Below are positions 28,110-40,628 of a DNA stretch of 64,000 nt, one piece after another; the stretch's first letter is position 1; each line of letters opens with the position of its first letter. The stretch is from Octopus vulgaris (Eukaryota). The stretch is taken from assembly GCA_951406725.2 (NCBI GenBank), contig OX597825.1:30876001-30940000 (forward strand), in the 5' to 3' direction. The notes under the pieces are model-generated. The model was not told the DNA's origin and ran no database searches. It saw only the letters and a program-made list of their open reading frames with translations. The position numbers were made by a program, and so were the translations under genes.

Positions 28110-28880
28110 TCGTTTGTGTCCTTCATAGGTCTCTTTGTCACATAATATATTGTCTTCTCTTTACGTTTGGTTACATGACACAAAGTTTGTACTTGCTTTC
28201 TCCATTTCTTTCCAGCCTTTATATGTCTTCCATATTCAATGTTCATGGTTTCTTACCATTCAGCATTGCACTTCATGCAACCTGCCCTTCACTCTGAAAA
28301 AGAAGCCCTTTTTACCAGCAGAGGTAATAGCTTCCTGAAATATTTCCACCCGTTCTTATTCTGGCCATCGTGCTTTCCAGAACATTGACTATTACTGCTA
28401 TTTAGGTCACCTACATAACAGAAGCTATTAACTGCTTCTTAGGAACTTCCTGAGGATATAAAAATATTTATTTTATTAGTATTCTAACTCTTAATTACTA
28501 CTCTGCATCTACCACAACTCTTTTGCATCCAGAGTTTATATTCTGTGCTCCATACAGTACTTGTAAAAAATCCTTTCTGCATATCAAGTATGGCTGTTTC
28601 TTAGATGGCAATTAAGTCCTCCTCTTTTTTGTCAATTAAAATTTTTGGCTTTGCAAAATTTACCTTAAAACTTCTTGATTCTAAGCTTTACTTTCATGTT
28701 TGGTATTTCCTCCCTAAACCTTTGACTTATTCAGTTATGAGAAATTAGTTAATAGCTAATGGACAGCCTGTTTTAAATCTCTTCAGTTGTAGTTTAGAGA
28801 ATTATGATAAACAATAGCAGGCTGCAAAAAAATTAAACCCTGATGAATACCTGACTGCTATTTGGAGTTGTCCTTTAATA
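28110..28880 (-). mobile_element. Old degraded RTE LINE RT fragment
   Basis: Minus strand ggtattcatcaggg...ctattgtttatcataattct...tttaaaacaggctgtcc and gaagcagttaatagcttctgttatgtaggtgacc...ctattacctctgctgg...ttcagagtgaagggcagg align with 4900-5600. Confidence 0.7.
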
Positions 28881-29371
28881 AAGATATAACTGTAAAATGA
28901 GTGTCACTCATTTCTAATTTTCCATCAAAACACGTCCACTCATGGGGAAATATTGTTGAGCTTGGAAACAAGTGAGGATTGGTGACAGGAAGGGTATCCA
29001 ACCAGCTATAGAAAATCTAACTCAATGAATTCTGTCTGATCTTTGCAAAAGTGGATGTTAAATGACGATGGTGACAAAAAATTTGATTAAGCACTCCATA
29101 TTTTCCACTTTATCTCATTTTTATCAGATTAATGTTGATAATGCAGCAATTATTATTATCTTACATATTCATTATCTTGGTAGAATGGTATAGAAGCAAC
29201 TTCAGATATCTTTCAGTCTGTAGTGAGGTCCCTGTAGATTAAGGGTTGCCAAAAAAGATAAAAGTACCCCCAAAGGGATAAATTTCAGCAAGCCCGGGGG
29301 TAAATCTGGTGATTCTAGATTTGTATTTTCTTTTAATTATAATTTTACAAAAAAAATTTTAGGTTAAAATT

Positions 29372-29455
29372 TGAAGTAGGACTATTTTGTGAATATATAC
29401 CAATCCAAAATGGTGAAGAGAATAAAAATTATATTCACAAAATAGTCCTACTTCA
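29372..29455. repeat. Perfect 26-bp inverted repeat with 32-nt spacer
   Basis: tgaagtaggactattttgtgaatata (29372-29397) / tatattcacaaaatagtcctacttca (29430-29455). Confidence 0.9.
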
Positions 29456-29513
29456 GATTTAAATTTCAAATTATACACTTCTTTATTATAGGTTTGCTAA
29501 TAGAGTAGCTTAA

Positions 29514-29710
29514 ACCTTTTGTTACTGTATTTATTTTGAGATGTTCTATGTTTCTCTTAATTATTTTAGATATAACAAAGAATTTAGTAAAATAATTTAG
29601 TTATCATTAAGCTAGTGTTAGGAACATAAATTTTAATTCAAAACTTATGAAAACAAGACATTTGTATTACAGAACCAGAGGCGGTTTCAGCCGGGTTGGT
29701 AACAAAAGGG
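29514..29710. mobile_element. piggyBac-type MITE
   Basis: TTAA|accttttgttac ... gtaacaaaaggg|TTAA: TTAA on both sides (29510-29513, 29711-29714) and (C/A)CCTTTTGTTAC terminal inverted repeats. Confidence 0.8.
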
Positions 29711-31201
29711 TTAATTCAGAAGACTGTATCTGGGTCTTGTATTTGTTTATCATTAGTTAATAAACATATGAAATAACATTGTTATGTGCTATTTCTAAAA
29801 AATTTAAAAAAAAAAAAATTTTTTACTGCTATTTGAACTTAACAACGTTTAAAAACTTCTATTGAGTTTTTGAATTTCTATATAGTTGGTTGCTTTATAA
29901 TGGAAGAAAAGTAAACTCAGATTACTGAACAAAAGAGAGTAGGTGGGAGAAAATTGTCAAGGGTAAGCAGAATAAAAAAAAATGGCTGGAAACCCCCTGC
30001 TGAAAATGGTTTTGATTATTTTAAAATATGATATGTCTGTTGTCTTGTTATTTATTCTGTCTGGATGCATTGCACTTTAAGATAAGGGAAGTGCTATTGT
30101 GAACTACATAAACCATAAAATATTGTGGATATTTATTTCCTTGGCTCCAGGTAAAGTCAAACTCAGAAGTAATAATGGTTTCAAAATTTGGCACAAGGCC
30201 AGCAAGACCCCGAAAGGATGAAAGGCCAAGTGGACCTCAGCACAATTTGAACTCAGAATGTAAAGATGGACTAAATGATGCTGAGTAACTTTTGCTGATG
30301 CAGCAAAGATTCTGCCAACGTGCTGCCTTAAAATCTAAAGTAGTAGTAGTAGTAGTAGTAGTAGTAATAATAATAATAATAATAATGATTGCTTCTAATA
30401 TCAGCAGAAAACCTCAAGTTTGGGGGTGAAAGAATCTAGTTAATTATATCAACCCTAGTACTTGACTGGTTCTTTATGGAAGAATGAATGGCAAAGTTGA
30501 CCTCAGCAGGATTTGAACTCAGAACATAAAAGGTTGTAACTAAATGTTACAAGGCATTTCGTCTGATTCTGCCATTCTAGAATTCTATGCTAATCAAGCA
30601 TTTTTAGAAGTAACAATACTAACAATAAAAACAACAAACCAACATGATGAAACCCTCCCAACACATACTCAGTACAGTCTCCAGCCATCATAACACAACC
30701 TTTACAATAAATATTTGACACTAGTGGCTGCCCATCAATTTATAGTTCAGTGTCCCCTTTCACCAAAGGGCATATTACAAAAACCCCTTCTCCAGATATT
30801 TTTGATCAAACATAATCAAACTTTTATGTGGTGATTTATTTTATATCCCATCCAGCATAAACCTTCTATCTTTGTTTTCAGATAATTGCATGAACTAGTT
30901 CCCTCTGTATTATATGCAAATGGTAATTACTAAAGAAGATGAGTTTATAGAATGCAATCATACTGATTATTAGCACATCATTAGTCCTGTTTCTACTGAT
31001 ACCACATTATCTTAATTATATTCTAATCCCAACAAAGATTTTATTTATATATCTATATATTTATAATAAGTATTTGAGGGAATATTAATCCTAACTTACA
31101 GGGAAAAAATTCAATTTAGAAATACTAATTTAATTTAATTGTTCATTTTGAATTGATGAAAGGTGTTTTTTTCTAATTTTTTTATATCTATATATTTATA
31201 T

Positions 31202-31334
31202 ATGTTGTTGTATTTAGGAATGGTCATTTTGCCAGTTTAGTCAATAAAAACACATGCACTATATATTTGGTGTTAATTTGCTTCAGCTTTATTGGCTAAA
31301 CTGGCGAAATGACCATTCCTAAATACAACAACAT
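31202..31334. repeat. 47-bp inverted repeat (2 mismatches) with 39-nt spacer
   Basis: atgttgttgtatttaggaatggtcattttgccagtttagtcaataaa (31202-31248) / tttattggctaaactggcgaaatgaccattcctaaatacaacaacat (31288-31334). Confidence 0.9.
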
Positions 31335-31886
31335 CTGTTTCAACACACGATTTCACATCAAGAATCTTGCAAAACAAATATATAAACGTAATATATTTAT
31401 ATAGTTATCTTCTTTGGAAATGTGCTTTATAATATAAATAATGTAACGAGTTAAAATATTTTATTAACTAAAAAAATCATGGCCCCTATAAGCATTCAGC
31501 ACCCACCTCAAAGTGCCACCTTGATATCTGCTACACTCACACAAGCTGAGAATGTTTCTAAGGGGTCATGGTTAAGATCCACTACTCTGAACAAATAACT
31601 GTCTGACACTGAAACTCAATGTCAATCACTCTGAACAAACAACAGAGAAAACACACCACAACAATAATGACACATCTTGAACAACACAGATTGTACACAA
31701 CAAACAACAACCAGGTGAAACTTTAAGAATAACACCTCCAACAACAAAACAAATCCTGCAAGAAATCAAAATCTTATGTAGTATACAAATATAATTCCAT
31801 ATTCCTGAAAGACAGAGTTGCATCATGTAGTGTACAGCAGAAGCATGCATAGAAGAGAATAACAGCTGATAATATTGTGATAAATA

Positions 31887-31920
<34 letters not shown>

Positions 31921-31923
<3 letters not shown>

Positions 31924-32028
31924 AATAACCATCAGAGCATCACAACAAATCACAGCACATACCCAAGGCACACAGAGCTGCGCTCGGTAGTGAAGTGAAA
32001 GCACGCTATAAAAATAAAACTACTGAAA

Positions 32029-32060
<32 letters not shown>

Positions 32061-32487
32061 TAGGAAGGAGACCCTGTGAGACCTCTGACAACAGATTGTT
32101 GTCCACTCTCACAGAACCAACCAGAGCAAGTAAGACTGAGAGCTCTGAGAAGTAAAATAATAATAATAATAATAATGATAATAATAATAATAATAATGAT
32201 AATAATAATAATAATAATAATAATAATCATGAAAATGATGGTTTTAAATTTTGGTACAAGGTTAGTAATTTTAGAGGAAGAGGAGACAGTCAATGACATC
32301 AACTACATTAACCCCAGTGTACAACTGGTACATATTTAGTTGATGCTCAAAAGGACGGAAAGCAATGTCGACTTTAACAGAATTTGAACTCAGAATGTAA
32401 GGAACTAGAAGAAATAATGCTAATGAGCATTTTTTCCAAACTCACAAACAATTCCACCGGCTCGCTGCCTTAATAATAATAATAACG

Positions 32488-32524
<37 letters not shown>

Positions 32525-32527
32525 TGA

Positions 32528-32588
<61 letters not shown>

Positions 32589-32741
32589 AACAGAAAAGAG
32601 CACTACTCAGCACTGCACATATATTGCGTGGGATACATTCAATACAATGGAAATGATAAAGCCAAATACTACTCATACGCAAGACACACAAAGCTGCGCT
32701 TGCTAATGCAGTAAAAGCATGCGATAAAATTACAACAGAAA
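31921..32741 (+). mobile_element. Cluster of short R4/Dong-like 3' ends inserted in (TAA)n
   Basis: 31921-32030 (near-identical to 39223-39331), 32061-32157, and 32586-32741 (KQKRALLSTAHILRGIHSIQ, REL-clade C-terminus); each flanked by (AAT)n. Confidence 0.75.
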
Positions 32742-32766
32742 TAATAATAATAATAATAATAATAAC

Positions 32767-32818
<52 letters not shown>

Positions 32819-32943
32819 GCAACAATGATTTCTTTTATTTGCCACCAGTATGAAAGATGAGGGGGACAATACAAAGACAGTCATAAAGTGTGGGGATTTA
32901 CATATAATGATAATATATACATATATATATGTATATATACATA

Positions 32944-33000
<57 letters not shown>

Positions 33001-33579
33001 TATATATGGTATACAATAAAAAGAAGAGAAGCATACATAGTGTACAACAGTAAGAAGAAAGAAGGGGAAAAAATGATGATAGTGATGTGGTCTGCCTGAT
33101 ACAGGAGGGACCTCTAGGGATAATCAATAATAATAACAATAAAAATGATGATGAAAATGATGACGAAGATGGCAATGATGATGGTGATAATGTTGATGTT
33201 GATGGATTATTACATTAGCATAAGGACAAGATATTTCTTAGGACAGGATAATTGTAAAGTCAATTGAATTGACCTCAGTACATAAATGGTACATAGAAAA
33301 CTTGAATCGGTAAAAGGAAAGCGACCCCCACAACACTGTTGGAATCAGGATGTTGATGAACAGGAAATGAATACAGAAAAGGCATTGATATATTCACTCC
33401 ACTGCTTTTCAGTATTGTAACAAAATGATGACGATGATGATGATGATGATGATGATGATGATAATGATAATGATGATGATGATGATGATTATATAAGAGT
33501 TACAAAACATGTGAGGAAGAACAAGACAAAGTTGCACAAAAATGTGAGATGATGAGTGAGGACAATACATAATGAATGT

Positions 33580-33879
33580 GATCACGTGACCGACCAGTCC
33601 ATCAGATGTAGTTACACATCGCTGGTCACAATGCATTCGCATTGTTTTAGCCTTCGAATGATGCCACCCCGCTGGCTAAGCGAACAGGCCAACAGAAAAA
33701 AGAATTGGAGAAAGAGTGGTGAAAGAGTACAGCAGGGATCACCAACCCCTGCCGGAGCCTCGTGGAGCTTTTAGGTGTTTTCGCTCAATAAACACTCACA
33801 ATGCCCGGTCTGGGAATCGAAACCGCGATCCTACGACCATGAGTCCGCTGCCCTAACCACTGGGCCATTGCGCCTCCAC
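33580..33879 (-). mobile_element. tRNA-Arg-like SINE with 13-bp TSD
   Basis: Head ggaggcgcaatggcccagtggttagggcagcggactc...ggtttcgattcccagaccggg; TSD ACATAATGAATGT at 33567-33579 and 33880-33892. Confidence 0.9.
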
Positions 33880-33914
33880 ACATAATGAATGTATTAAGAT
33901 TTAATAAAATTTAA

Positions 33915-35246
33915 GGATCTGCTCAGTTGAGCACACAGATTTTTTAAGTAATTTTTTTCCAACTGAACAGTTTGAAAATTTGTATACTGTTGTAATTTCT
34001 CATGCAGAACACAGTTTACTTTGAACATTTTTAACAAAACATTGTATTTTAGAAATTATTTCATGTTAAAGTTGTCATATTTGGGTAATTTTAACCAATC
34101 AACAACGTGTATTCGGCTGAAGGGAGCTATTGCTGTTTGTGATAGCAATCGAAGAGGAACAGCTTCTGGGTCATCTCTACTAAATGTCAACAGTCTATTC
34201 TATTCATGTTATCCTTTCTTCCTTTCTAGTCAGCACCATGCATTCCTTACTCTTTTTCTCTCTACTTGTAGACATCTCCTTCTATACTATCAACTACCAG
34301 CCAGCGAGTGAACTTGTCACTGCCATTACAATTACCTTATTTTCCAGTGTATAAGTTGCTATTTTTTACCTGGAAAATTTAGTGTGTGACTTATAGAAAG
34401 GTGCACCTAATAGGTGTACTTTTTTATAAGTTTCAGGAGGAAAACAATTTGTCTATGGAGATCGACTGATTCCACTGATTTTTTCAGAGGAAAAGTCGGT
34501 TGGTGAACAACATGAAAGACTACGGCTACAATACATTGATGCCTGGAAGAAAACAAAGCATATTTGTTTGGTTTTACCTTTATGTTTTGATAATGTTATT
34601 TTTAATCTAATAAAGAGTTTTATTTTGACGAAATGTGTTTGTTGTTGATTATAGTAGGATGAAATCATAACAATAACAATACATCTCATAGTTGCAAAAT
34701 AAGACATTTTGAAACTACATACACGTCGACAACAAAAAAGCTAGCTGCGGACCTGTAGCTCTATAAGTCTTCTAAACACCAGTGTGCTTTATGTGTGGAT
34801 AAAACCAAAGTGTTCTCCCAAATTCTGCCCTGTGGCTTAAATACCAATGTTGGGTAAATGAATAAACGCATGTAAATAATATTCCTTCCTTTTTGGTGTT
34901 GATTCTTTGATGTTTACTGGTTACTCTGATGCAAGAACTAAAAAAAAAAAAGTAATATGCAACATGGGTAGTAAACAAAAATAAGATAGAAAAGAGTGGT
35001 GACATTTAGTAGAGATGACCCAGAAGTTGTTCCTCTTCGATTACTATCGCAAACCGCAGCAGCTTTCTTCAACTGGATACATGTCATTGATTGGTTAAAA
35101 TTACCCAAGTGCAACATCGAAATTTGGTCAAAAATGTTCAAAGTAAACCATGTTCTGCATGAGAAATTACACCATTGTATGAAATTTCAAACTGTTTAGT
35201 TAAAAAAAAATAATTAAAAAAACTGTAAGCCAAACTGAAAAGATCC
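33915..35246. mobile_element. Non-autonomous DNA transposon with long (~270-290 bp) imperfect terminal inverted repeats
   Basis: 33915-34205 is the reverse complement of ~34980-35246 (shared taatttctcatgcagaaca, ttgggtaattttaaccaatcaa, aatcgaagaggaaca.cttctgggtcatctctactaaatgtca); no transposase ORF inside. Confidence 0.8.
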
Positions 35247-36869
35247 AAATTTAGTAATATACTAAAATTTAATAAATATAATTCATTCATGGATTGAATA
35301 CAAAAGTTATCTAAAACAAACAATAATTAAAGCCCATTATAAATTAATTTAGAATCATGTAAAACATTTAGGCTTACCCAGCCATACACATGTGAGAACC
35401 TATTGGTTAGGCTGGGCCAGAGCACCTAATAACTTTGTCCTTTTATCACTTTTTGTACTATATTTTAGGATACACCCAAACATACCTAGTTACATCAGAG
35501 ATGGGTGGCTAAAAATATTCAGATTCCTTATTTTTCCATTAGAACTATTTTCTTTATCTGTATCGTTTTGTTAGTTTTCTCTATTTTCTGTTTGTATTGT
35601 TTTTCTGTTTACAAGTTTGTATTTGTTTACAAGAAAGCTACTATCACTGTAGCGAGCATCTTTTCTCATCCACCCTTAAGATTAAGTCATTCTGAGATTT
35701 ACATGTATTCCATACACACTGCGGATACTTTCTTCTGGATATTCAGTACCATCATCCAACATCCACTCACACCATTTAACCATCTCTTGATATTCCTCCT
35801 TGCCTCACCCCTATCTTCTCTATGTTTTTCCTCTTCGATTAATGTGAAAAATTATGGCTTATCATGAGAATGGCACTAGCATTTAATCTGGCCATAGTGG
35901 GCCCAAATATTCTACCTGTTTTATGTTCAGACTGACCAGATCCTGCTTCTCACACCTACCCTACAATGTCAATCTAAAAATAACTAATCATCTAATAATC
36001 ACAGCTGGCACCACAATAACATTTACACTCTGCTAAGTAAGGGGCTGGGAGGATCCTTAATTTTGCCAAAGTTGTGCTGACCCCTCCAGAGCTGGTGACA
36101 AACATAAATACATTCTGTATACAGTTAAGTGATTGGTATTAGAAAGGGCTTCTGGCTATGGTAGCAAGGCCAAAAATAAATACTTCTTCCTTCCCCCAAC
36201 CAGGACTGCCTAGTAAGAAGTTTGCTTTCCAACCACATAGCTCTGGGTTCAGTCCCACTGTATGGCACCTAGGGCGAGTGTCTTGGCGGACAAAAGTCTT
36301 GTGAGTGGATTTGGTGGATGGAAATTGAAAGAAGCCCATCTTATATATGTGTTTGTAAATGTATGAGTGTGTGTGTGTTTGTATTTGTGTGCATGTGTGC
36401 GTATGTGTGTGCATGTGTGTGTGTGTGTTTGTCCCCTGTCACAACTTGACAACTGGTGTTGGTGTGCTAACATCCCTGGAACATTGCAGTTCAGCAAAAG
36501 AGACCAATAGAATAAGTGTCAGGCTTTAAAAATAAGTACTTGGGTTGATGTTGATTTTTTCAACTAAACGCTTCAAGTGCTCCAGCATGGCACAGTCCAA
36601 AGATTGAAACGAGTAATGGATAACGGATACCCATCTATGAGAATAGCAATGAAAGTATGAAATGAAGATGATGATGACGACGACGATGATGATGATGATG
36701 ATGTCTGTTGATAGAATACAAAATTATAGTGTTCAAGAACATTTGTGATGGACGTGAAATAAAATTTTCCAAAGTCTTCTTATATATATATCCATAAATA
36801 AATCAAAACAAAATTTTTTTCACTATTGGAAGAATGGATTTTAGAATCTGATGGTATTGGATAAAAGAA

Positions 36870-38280
36870 TGTTTGCAGACTAGAAGTCAATGACACTAAG
36901 AAAAAGAAAAAAAGTGAAAATATATTTTTAAAGATTAATTCTTGCATTGAAGTCCAAACTTCATTCAAAGAATTTGACAAATGCAGTCAATTTCTGGGCA
37001 GTTGCCATCATGTGCTATCGTGCTGGAATAGTGAATTGGATGAGAGATGAAATAGAGGCAAAGGATACAAAAACAAGAAGGAAAGAAACCCAACTATGCT
37101 CGGGGTGCTTCATCTGGGGGCAAATGTCAGCCATTTATACATGAATGGAAGATTGGAGGGAGAGTATTTCTGATAATGTCGATGAAAGAATAAAAGTAAA
37201 TCTCTACATTAGAAAGAGTGAAGAAGACCTAGTTAAACATGCTGCAATAAAACTAGAATTATGCTTAACTTCAAGAGAAAAGGAAAAAAGGATAATTTAT
37301 GAAAGAAAGGAAGAAATGCAGTTACATGGACAGTTCCACAGCAATGCCAAAAATTTGAAAAATTATGGCTTTTCATGAGAATGGCTCTAGCATTTAATCT
37401 GGCCATAGTGGGCCCAAATATTCTACCTGTTTTATGTTCAGACTGACCAGATCCTGCTTCTCACGCCTACCCTACAATGTCATTCTAAAAATGAATAATC
37501 ACATAATTGATATCATGGAGCAACAAGATAATGCAGGATCAATTCAAAACAATGTGAATAAATAGGCATTTTAATTGACAGAGTAATCTGAATGCTAATG
37601 GATTAAAGAGAGAAAGTGAAAGTCTGTTGAAATCTGCTCAAGATTAAGCTCTAAATACCAGTTCAGTGAGCAAGAGGATTTAATTTGTTGCTTTAACAAA
37701 CAAGTGCCACCTGTGAAATCAGCAAGTGGAAAATACTGGCCATATTATTGAAGGCTGCAAAATGTCAGCTCAGAATGAATACAAATGATGTCATGATATG
37801 GTTTGACTTAATTTGTTCTGATCACTTTGTAAAAGCTATGAATATAACACTTTGGGAAAAAAAGAACAATCATATACCCCAAAAAATTCTAAATACACCT
37901 GGGGAACCAAAACTTTGATAAAATTCTAACATCCAGACAGACAGAATAATTAAAAAACATAGACCACATATCATTATACATTACATAAAAAATAGGATGC
38001 TTTATTATAAAAATATGATAAAAATATTAGACAAAAATATCGCAGACAAGGAAGTAGAAAATATCTCGAAATATGCTGAGTTAAAAGGAGAGATATCAAA
38101 AATGAAGTGAGATCTGGAATTGAAAGTGAAAGCAGTATCAATTATTATTGGAGCATTAGGTTCACTCTCCCAAAAGTTACCAAATTATACTGAACAGTGG
38201 ACATCAAAAAAGAGATGCAAGTCCACCAATGTTTTACCTAATATTCTAAGAAAGGTACTTCCCATCAAAGGTCTTTTGCT
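36870..38280 (+). mobile_element. Degenerate R4/Dong-clade non-LTR retrotransposon (RT C-terminal region, CCHC knuckle, REL endonuclease)
   Basis: LKSKLHSKNLTNAVNFWAVAIMCYRAGIVNW; MQLHGQF...S*EWL; LKRESESLLKSAQD*ALNT; KCHL*NQQVENTGHIIEGCKMSAQNEYK*CHD; NIQTDRIIKKHRPHIII; VSIIIGALGSL...ILRKVL. Many stops and frameshifts. Confidence 0.88.
37388..37602. mobile_element. piggyBac-type MITE nested in the R4/Dong element
   Basis: Interrupts the R4-like coding sequence between ...S*EWL and LKRESE...; ends tagcatt...aatgctaatgga followed by TTAA; left terminus eroded. Confidence 0.7.
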
Positions 38281-38806
38281 AAAGTTTGACAGCAGGCTCA
38301 TGTAAAACAAAAAACCCAACTACACACTAGACAATGCTTTCTACTAATGGCATAAGGCATGAAATTTTAGTGGAGGGAGCTAGTTGAGAACACTGAGCCC
38401 AGTACTTAAAAGGTGTTTATTTCATTAAACCCAAAAGGATTAAAGGCTAAGTCAAGCTTGGTGGAATTTGAATTCAGAACATAAAGGCAGATGAAACGGC
38501 ACTGAGCATTTTGTCCAGTGTGCTAACAATTCTGCCGACGCCGCTGCCGCCACCACCACCATCACTACAACAACAACAACAACAACAACAATAATGTTTG
38601 TAATTCAGATGCATAACCAGCAATTTGGAGGAAATGGAATGAGTTGATTACAACTACCTTGTTTCAGACAAGCACTAATATTTTATAGACCAAGTGGATG
38701 AAAGGCAAAGCTGACTTCAGTGGGATTTGAACTAATAATAATAATAACAATCATAATAATAATAATAATAATAATAATAATAGTAATAATAATAATAATA
38801 ACAATC

Positions 38807-38840
<34 letters not shown>

Positions 38841-38871
38841 TAATAATAATAATAATGATAATGATAATAAT

Positions 38872-39169
38872 AAGTGCAAAAGAAGTGCAAAAGATTGTCT
38901 TAACTGGTACATCACACGTATTGAGAAGAGCATTGTCGATGTGAGAACTGTTGCTGCTCATGTATTTTAATTTAAGCTAAAAAAAAATTTTTTTTTAAAT
39001 TAACGAACTATTGAGTTTGGTTTAATGGCCTACCAATGTATACTATGAGTTTCTTTGCCCTAGGAGTCGGGAAGACACTCGGCAAGAAATGGAAGCAAAT
39101 TTGAAAGAAGAAAAAAAAGTAATAATAATAATAATAATAATGATAATAATAATAATAATGATAATAATA

Positions 39170-39221
<52 letters not shown>

Positions 39222-39331
39222 CCATACAATAACCATCAGAGCATCGCAACAAATCACAGCACATACCCAAGGCACACAGAGCTGTGCTCGGTAGTGAAGT
39301 GAAAGCACGCTATAAAAATAAAACTACTGAA
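38872..39331 (+). mobile_element. Two R4/Dong-like 3' ends in (TAA)n
   Basis: 38872-39120 encodes EVQKIVLTGTSHVLRRALSM* plus a distinct 3' UTR; 39214-39331 is a second family; both bounded by (AAT)n. Confidence 0.8.
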
Positions 39332-40003
39332 TAATAATAATAATAATAATAATAACAGTAATAGCAAAATAGTTTGTTTTGTTTTTTTTTTAATTGCTAC
39401 AAGGATGATAGATAAAGCAATTTCTAATTTTGGTCTGAGGCTATAATTCATAGGAAGAAAATATAAATGGTTTCATAAATTCAGAAAGATGAAGGTCAAA
39501 AAGAAAATGGTTGCCATGAGGATTGAACTAAACACTGCAATATTGACTGCTTCTGTTTGCATATGGCCACAAAATTGGAGAAAAAGAATGTGGGCAGTTG
39601 AACAAAGCATAGTAAAAGATGACTAGGGTATATATTATTGATCCTGGAGGAATGAACGATATAGTCATTGCTGAGATTTGAACATGCATTACAGAAAGAG
39701 TACAGATATGGCTGTGTGGTTTAGGATCTCATTTTGCAATAACTGTATGGTTTTGGGTTCAGTCCCACAGCATAGCAGTTTGGGCATGTTTCTTCTGCTA
39801 TAGCTCCAGGTCGACCAATGCCTTGTGGGTAAATTTGGTAAATGGAAACTATGTGGAAACCTTGTTATATATATGTGTGTATGTATGAGTGTATGTGTGT
39901 GTGTGTATGTGTGCATGTCTTTGTGTTTGTCCAGTCACTGCTTGACAACCATTGTTAGTTTGTTTACTTCCCTATAACTAAGCAGTTTAGCAAAAGAAAC
40001 CTA

Positions 40004-40222
40004 TTTCTTTATTACCCACAAGGGGCTAAACACAGAGAGGACAAACAAGGACAGACAAACTGATTAAATCAATTATATCGACTCCAGTGCATAACTGGTA
40101 CTTAATTTATCGACCCTGAAAGGATGAAAGGTAAAGTCGACCTCGGCGGAATTTGAACTCAGAACGTAACGGCAGACGAAATACTGCTAAGCATTTTAGC
40201 CCGGCGTGCTAACGTTTCTGCC
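40004..40222 (-). mobile_element. SINE-B nested inside a SINE-A copy (39700-40340, +)
   Basis: SINE-A breaks after ttagcaaaagaaaccta and resumes at agaaacctacaaaataagtacc; AGAAACCTA duplicated at 39995-40003 and 40223-40231. Confidence 0.85.
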
Positions 40223-40628
40223 AGAAACCTACAAAATAAGTACCAAACTTAACAATAACTACAGGGGTCAACTAATCTGACAAGGCCTTTCAAGGCAGTG
40301 TCCCACCAGGGTTGCAGTGCAATGATTACAACAAATAAATTTGTTAAGAATTTTCAGCTCTGTAACTTGCACATGCAGCTTTCTCATTCATTTTAAAGAG
40401 GAGGAGGATAAAATCATGTTCATCGTTAACTTTTTGTGTCCATTTTTCCATAATTACTGGGGTTAGATGAAATCTTTCAAGGCAGATATTCTATGGCTTG
40501 ATGCCTTTCCTATCACCAACCTTTACTTGTTTCCCAGCAAAGTAATAATTTTCAAAGAAGACTGAAAATGAATGATACTGTTTGTATGAAAGTGACACTA
40601 ATTTATAACTATCATGTGATGTCAATTA

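Noticed and set aside
33805-33879. tRNA gene
   Set aside because: A/B boxes are present but it continues into a SINE body bounded by a TSD; the same applies to all tRNA-like heads in the window.
35378-35425. 48-nt minus-strand exon candidate (VLWPSLTNRFSHVYGW) with gtaag donor
   Set aside because: No polypyrimidine tract and no similarity to DPH5 or any recognised protein.
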